IMG/VR virus record: IMGVR_UViG_3300044630_004371
Span: 1-64,000 of that record
Reading direction: 5' to 3' (one strand)
Length of the DNA: 64,000 nt
Origin: a virus
Numbering within the stretch: position 1 is the stretch's first letter; each line of letters begins with the position of its first letter. The notes below the pieces were generated by a model. The model was given only the letters and a program-made list of their open reading frames with translations. It was not told the origin of the DNA and made no database searches. Below are positions 59,352-64,000 of this stretch, one piece after another. A program made the position numbers and the translations under genes.

Positions 59352-59959
59352 AAAAAACCGTGAAGTAATTCACCAGTATCCGTATTAAGAACCCAATCTG
59401 GTTCCAACCACTCTACAATATCATGATGACATGTTGATATAACAACATTATGTATATCATTGCTTTTGATATACCTAGATAAAGATACACTGGCTGCTTT
59501 GGCCACCGTTCTATCAACAACACTGGTATACTCGTCAATAACAGTCCCTGTCTTAATTTTTCTAGCTAAATCAGCTCTAAATTTTTCACCGTTGGATAAA
59601 ACATTGTAAGGTTTGTACCATGAAGGTATTGTGTTAAAACCAACAGAACCCAATCTATTGATTCCTTCGTCTGGGGTGTCAAAATGTGAAATGATTGATT
59701 TGTTGGTATCCCAAATAGGATATTCTTCTTTTCCAAATTTTTTAAGTATGGTTGATTTACCAGAACCACTAGAACCCACTATTACACCTATTTTAAACGT
59801 GTTTGGAAGACTAGTTGGCATCTTCCATGGGTAGAATCTTGATGTGCCATCAAAGGTACAATCAAATGCTTTTTCACTAGCAGTTATAAATTCATCTCTA
59901 ACAACACTTGAAATCAATGGTTCTGACTCTCTGACTAATTTTTCGATTATATTGTCCAT
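59270..59959 (-). CDS. ABC-type ATPase domain
   Basis: GSSGSGKST, LSNGEKFR, VIDE, STCHHD. Confidence 0.85.
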   Translation of the reverse strand: MDNIIEKLVRESEPLISSVVRDEFITASEKAFDCTFDGTSRFYPWKMPTSLPNTFKIGVIVGSSGSGKSTILKKFGKEEYPIWDTNKSIISHFDTPDEGINRLGSVGFNTIPSWYKPYNVLSNGEKFRADLARKIKTGTVIDEYTSVVDRTVAKAASVSLSRYIKSNDIHNVVISTCHHDIVEWLEPDWVLNTDTGELLHGFFLSDQKSLSKYIGQTMIVGECLKTITI

Positions 59960-60001
59960 TGGATAAAGATACTGGGGAATAACCTTAAAGTAAATAAAAT
60001 A

Positions 60002-60045
60002 GCTAGGTTACCCTAAAAGATAACCTAGCCATTGTATTTTTTGTT
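60002..60045. terminator. Hairpin/terminator
   Basis: GCTAGGTTA-CCCTAAAAGA-TAACCTAGC. Confidence 0.55.
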
Positions 60046-60049
60046 AAAA

Positions 60050-60259
60050 TTACTTCCTTTTTCCTTCAGTTAAAGCTTTGTATTGAGCTTCTAACTTAGC
60101 GATTTTACCTTCCAAAACAGTTGTTTTGTTAGTTTGTTTTTTTGCTTGTTCGTTAACCCACTGTTGTTTTTTTACTGCAACTGCTTCATTTACGATATTA
60201 TCAATCAAGTCCACAAGGTCGTTTTCTTTAATTTTAACTGTTTTTTTTGTATTTGACAT
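60050..60259 (-). CDS. Small putative head protein
   Basis: KIKENDLVDLIDNIVNE motif; ATATTTAT at 60296-60303. Confidence 0.6.
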   Translation of the reverse strand: MSNTKKTVKIKENDLVDLIDNIVNEAVAVKKQQWVNEQAKKQTNKTTVLEGKIAKLEAQYKALTEGKRK

Positions 60260-60346
60260 GTCTTTAAGGTTTTAATAAAATCTTATTTATTACATATAAA
60301 TATGTTGGTATTCCCAAAAAGAATACAATAACTAAAAATAATTTGG

Positions 60347-60496
60347 TTATTCTTCTTCAACAATAAATATCATTAATAATGACTCAACGTCAAGTTTTTT
60401 TATGTTAGCGAAAAAATCTCTAGCCTCAAAAAGACTTTCAGCTTTGATTCTATAAATTATCTCACCAGTTCTATTTTTTAATACGTATTTATCCAT
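60347..60496 (-). CDS. Small hypothetical protein (49 aa, not in ORF track)
   Basis: MDKYVLKNRTGEIIYRIKAESLFEARDFFANIKKL...EEE*; ATATTTAT at 60511-60518. Confidence 0.55.
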   Translation of the reverse strand: MDKYVLKNRTGEIIYRIKAESLFEARDFFANIKKLDVESLLMIFIVEEE

Positions 60497-60637
60497 ATTT
60501 ATGCTTTTATATAAATATACAAAAACATCAGCAACAAATAAAGATTAACACTTATAGTTGATAACGTTTAATATCACATAAGCTTTTTAAAACTTGATAT
60601 AAATAAAAAAGGCCCCAAATATATTGGAACCTTTATC

Positions 60638-62062
60638 TTAATTTATTTCAGTTTTTGGTAACAAAAGTTTTAATTTTTGATAGTTCTCTTCACCTATATC
60701 ACCTTCTTTTATACCCAATCTATGTAGTGACCCACCGTTGCTTTTATCTAAATAGGTAATTTCAAATGGAATATCTTTAATCGGGTTACCTGTAAGATTC
60801 AAAAACACAAGGTTTTTTAACGCACCTATTTCTTTAGGTAACGTTTTGATACGGTTATCAGTCAAGACCAACATCTCCAAATTCTTCAAATCACCAATAG
60901 ATGGATGTAGCTCAACCAATTTTGCCTTGGTGATAATAAACTGGTCAATGTTCTTAAATCGACTTAAACTTGGTAATTTAGGTACGTCTCTATTCATAAT
61001 TCTTATTGTTGGTGTGTCTTCTGGAAACATTTCGAATAAACTCTCTGCAAACCCAAATTGAATCAAAAAATCCAAATATTTGTTGTTTTCTATTCCTTTT
61101 TTAAACTCTTTAGCCATTCCCATCAATTCCTCGTAAAAGTAATTGCTTAACCCTTCACTCTCAGCAATTACATCCTCAAAAATACTAACGTTTTGGCTGT
61201 TTTTTCTATCTTTTAATTGGTTGGTTTCAAAGTGTATTTGATACATCTCTTCAGATTCACCACTAAAAAATTTATTGTTTATTATAATATAGATATTTGA
61301 GTTTTTACCATTTGGCTTTTTATGGTTTTGAGTATAGTTTTTAAACATCCCATTACCATCTTTTGCTGTACACCAGTTAGCAAACTTATCAAACACAACA
61401 TTCGCTGCGGTTGTTTTAGGAATAAACAGTGTAAACTTTCTATCCTTGACTGGAATCTCAGCTTGTCCAGATTCCATAAATTTATTCATTGTCCTCTCAA
61501 CCGCACTTGGTTCCCTCTCAATAAAAGGGTCAACAGCATCAAATAATTGTGATAACGATTTGTATTGGTTGATATTGGTAGGGTCTTCCACATGTTTAAG
61601 ACTATAACTGTTTTGACACAATTCCTTAAATTTACGCTTTCTTTTATTATCCTCAAACAATAAAAGATAAACATTGGCTTGTGGCAAGTCCTCACTAACA
61701 AATCGTATAGCAGATAAAATGTCGTTTTCACCACCATTTTTTAATAGTCTAGTAAACACGTTAAGCATCCATTGTAAATACATTTTATGTTCAGTTGGGT
61801 CAGCTACTATCATTTCTGAAAATACTTGAGAACAAACACTAACTTTTTTTAATATACGATTTTTGTCATTGTTTTTCATGGAAAGAATACCAATTAAATT
61901 ACCATTGGTGGTTGTAATCTTTTTGCTCTCATATCCATCAATTTTTAATTGTCCTAGTTTGGTATCAAGAGGGTCGCTATCTAAATTATCACTAACACAC
62001 TCAAAAACATCAAATTGTTCAGCCAAGAATGATAATCTATCTGTAATATTTATTTCTTTCAT
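60638..62062 (-). CDS. Leucine-rich-repeat protein with N-terminal phage domain
   Basis: LVELHPSIGDLKNLEMLVLTDNRIKTLPKEIGALKNLVFLNLTGNPI; N-terminal DPT..K.YLQW, NINQYKS, NWCT, YQIHFE; start refined to 62062. Confidence 0.8.
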   Translation of the reverse strand: MKEINITDRLSFLAEQFDVFECVSDNLDSDPLDTKLGQLKIDGYESKKITTTNGNLIGILSMKNNDKNRILKKVSVCSQVFSEMIVADPTEHKMYLQWMLNVFTRLLKNGGENDILSAIRFVSEDLPQANVYLLLFEDNKRKRKFKELCQNSYSLKHVEDPTNINQYKSLSQLFDAVDPFIEREPSAVERTMNKFMESGQAEIPVKDRKFTLFIPKTTAANVVFDKFANWCTAKDGNGMFKNYTQNHKKPNGKNSNIYIIINNKFFSGESEEMYQIHFETNQLKDRKNSQNVSIFEDVIAESEGLSNYFYEELMGMAKEFKKGIENNKYLDFLIQFGFAESLFEMFPEDTPTIRIMNRDVPKLPSLSRFKNIDQFIITKAKLVELHPSIGDLKNLEMLVLTDNRIKTLPKEIGALKNLVFLNLTGNPIKDIPFEITYLDKSNGGSLHRLGIKEGDIGEENYQKLKLLLPKTEIN

Positions 62063-62073
62063 ATTATATTTAG

Positions 62074-62104
62074 CAAATATACTAAAAAATTTTGAACAAG
62101 ACAA
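62074..62104 (-). promoter_or_regulatory. Bacteroidota-type promoter TTGTCT-N17-TATATTTG
   Basis: 11 nt upstream of LRR gene ATG. Confidence 0.55.
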
Positions 62105-62107
62105 GTA

Positions 62108-62452
62108 TTATAAGTAGAATCGTCTAAAATAATCATCTTCTAAATACTCCTCAACTCTTCTTTTAAAAAACCAAGTCGAACAATCAACATTTTCTGACTC
62201 TCTTTCAATAATATTTAAAATTACTTCATTTGGATTTTCACCATCTGATAACCTATATTTTATCTCTTTTAAATAATTTCCTTTGCCCTGTCTAACCAAC
62301 TGTTCTATTATTATACTATACGTTTCCCATCTAGTCTCTCCCTCTTCATCAATAGTGTTTAAAATGTTAAATAAGTGATTGTTATAAGCCTCGTCAAGTC
62401 TAGATTTTTTACTATGACTAGGGTTTAATAAAAAAATATTAGTTCCCATCAT
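62108..62452 (-). CDS. Hypothetical protein (paralog of 63528..63848)
   Basis: WETY...KEIKYRLSDGENPNEVI. Confidence 0.65.
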   Translation of the reverse strand: MMGTNIFLLNPSHSKKSRLDEAYNNHLFNILNTIDEEGETRWETYSIIIEQLVRQGKGNYLKEIKYRLSDGENPNEVILNIIERESENVDCSTWFFKRRVEEYLEDDYFRRFYL

Positions 62453-62489
62453 TGTAGTTTAAGTTAAATGTTATTTACTATAAATATCT

Positions 62490-63527
62490 TTAAACTACCA
62501 ATAGGTCTAGTTTTAGGATGACATCTTCTACTTTTGTTTGACCCTCAGCATCATAATTTACACTGGTTAAATCATTGGCGCAAAACCTAGTAACATTGTT
62601 TTGAAATTCATGCCATTTTGGGCTAATATCGCTTATCATCACCACATGTTTACCCAACGACCATGCCAGCCAACTCAACCCAGAACTAACACCCAAGTGA
62701 AATTCTGCGTTCAAAATATCAAAAATTCTATTGCTTAAATTGCTATCACCAGTCATATCTATAACATTTTTTAATTGAGTTGGTTCTTTTGATATCACAA
62801 CAACATCATAACCCTTGCCAACCAAAAAATCAACAATCTCTTGCCAGCCGTTTTCAACTTTCCATGATTTGTTATCAGAACTACCAAATTCAGCCATTGT
62901 AACATATTTTTTGGTTATATTTGTTTTAATGCTTTGATAACCAATGGATAAATCTGGACATAGTTCTTGCCAAGGTAAACCAAGGGTTGCGGACGCTACC
63001 ATCTGCAATGGGACCTCAAAAGCTTTTACTGGTGTATAATATGGGTTCTCTTCTTCACAGGCACCAATATAATATTGGGTGTAAACATTTTCAATGACTG
63101 TATTGGGGTTTACAAAAAGAATATTTGGATAAGCATTAACAAATAAATTGTTTTTAAAGGTTGAACAGATTACAGTACAATCATGTTTTTTTCTAAACTC
63201 TTCAACATAAGGAATCCACGCTATAGTATCACCCAAAGCATATGAGTCCATTTTAATAAACACAACTTTTTTACTTGGGTTGAAGTCATCAACAAAAACG
63301 ATTATTCCATCGCTGTTCTCAACAATAACCCTCCATTCTGTATACCATTGTTTTGTCTTGGCAATTATGGTTTGATTGGTTTCACAATAACCAGAACTAA
63401 TCAAACCTATATTCTTATCGTAAAATTTAACAAAATATTTATGCTGTATATCACCACTAATTATTACCCTAGGCGCATTGCCTTCTCTTGGCAATGTGGT
63501 AACATAATTTACCTTAAAACTATTCAT
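62490..63527 (-). CDS. Autotransporter heptosyltransferase-like (Aah/TibC, GT9-related)
   Basis: VFIKMDSYALGDTIAWIPYVEEFRKKHDC.VICST, PLQ..A...LGL, GWQ.IVD.L, FHLGVSSGLSWLAW..GK.VVMIS. Confidence 0.8.
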   Translation of the reverse strand: MNSFKVNYVTTLPREGNAPRVIISGDIQHKYFVKFYDKNIGLISSGYCETNQTIIAKTKQWYTEWRVIVENSDGIIVFVDDFNPSKKVVFIKMDSYALGDTIAWIPYVEEFRKKHDCTVICSTFKNNLFVNAYPNILFVNPNTVIENVYTQYYIGACEEENPYYTPVKAFEVPLQMVASATLGLPWQELCPDLSIGYQSIKTNITKKYVTMAEFGSSDNKSWKVENGWQEIVDFLVGKGYDVVVISKEPTQLKNVIDMTGDSNLSNRIFDILNAEFHLGVSSGLSWLAWSLGKHVVMISDISPKWHEFQNNVTRFCANDLTSVNYDAEGQTKVEDVILKLDLLVV

Positions 63528-63848
63528 TTAAAAAGATTTAATCTTATAATATAACCTCTCAAGCTCTGGGGTAAAAGTTTTAACTTCCTCAATAGCCTCA
63601 ATGATTATTTCATTTGGGTTACCATCATCAGTTAACTTATACTGTAACTCTTTAACTCTGAGCATGTCTTTTAAACTATGCTTTAACTCTAAAACAACTT
63701 GGTTATACGTTGCCCATTCTTCCCTTTTGGATGAGGGTCCTTCAATAAGGTTTTCAGTAAGTTTATGTTCATACTGGTGTTCTAATATGGTTTCAAAATT
63801 ACCATATTCTTTGTTAAGAGCACACCTTATTTTTGCTTTCAAGTTCAT
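63528..63848 (-). CDS. Hypothetical protein (paralog of 62108..62452)
   Basis: WATY...KELQYKLTDDGNPNEII. Confidence 0.65.
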   Translation of the reverse strand: MNLKAKIRCALNKEYGNFETILEHQYEHKLTENLIEGPSSKREEWATYNQVVLELKHSLKDMLRVKELQYKLTDDGNPNEIIIEAIEEVKTFTPELERLYYKIKSF

Positions 63849-63852
63849 CTCA

Positions 63853-64000
63853 TTAATTCATGGGTGTGTTCTTTGATAGGCGATAATCATCGGTAATCTT
63901 GTCATACATCCAATCTCTGATTACTTGTTTGGTAAACTCTTCACCCATTTTATACTTGTATTTTAAATATTCGTATAACGATTTAGGTGTGATAACCTCT
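63853..64000 (-). CDS. Hypothetical protein, 5'-partial
   Basis: Open frame EVITPKSLYEYLKYKY...KNTPMN* running off the window. Confidence 0.55.
   Translation of the reverse strand, partial: EVITPKSLYEYLKYKYKMGEEFTKQVIRDWMYDKITDDYRLSKNTPMN

Noticed and set aside
1-64000. Stop-codon reassignment (as in some large phages)
   Set aside because: Conserved genes are full length in the standard code; TAG and TGA occur at plausible gene ends.
1-64000. CRISPR array, tRNA or rRNA genes
   Set aside because: No regularly spaced repeats or cloverleaf/T-loop signatures noticed by eye; tRNAscan-SE would be needed to exclude them fully.

Overview
AT-rich 64 kb segment of a large T4-like (jumbo) tailed phage genome, read in the standard genetic code. 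TTG-N17-TAnnTTTG promoters and the absence of Shine-Dalgarno motifs suggest a Bacteroidota host (inference). From left to right: (i) a ~21 kb sugar-modification cluster (GT2/GT4/GT11/GT17 glycosyltransferases, RfbH, RmlC, RmlD-GT2 fusion, Glf, methyltransferases, PhoH); (ii) a gp55-like sigma factor and baseplate/virion genes; (iii) a minus-strand head module (terminase, portal, prohead protease, scaffold, major capsid protein); (iv) split thyA, ClpC, modular putative capsid-cargo proteins, ABC-ATPase/GNAT, an LRR protein and a heptosyltransferase. The most notable observations are five. An HNH cassette behind the capsid gene is bracketed by two synonymously recoded copies of the capsid 3' end plus terminator. 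thyA is broken in two by a GIY-YIG gene with no room for an intron. There are two tightly bounded candidate -1 frameshifts with downstream RNA structure. One gene's transcript has a structured 5' leader and complementary 5'/3' ends. A family of proteins shares an IKxLLRE leader and multi-module architecture, driven by an ATATTTAT promoter-like motif. All family calls come from motif recognition by eye; no database searches were run.
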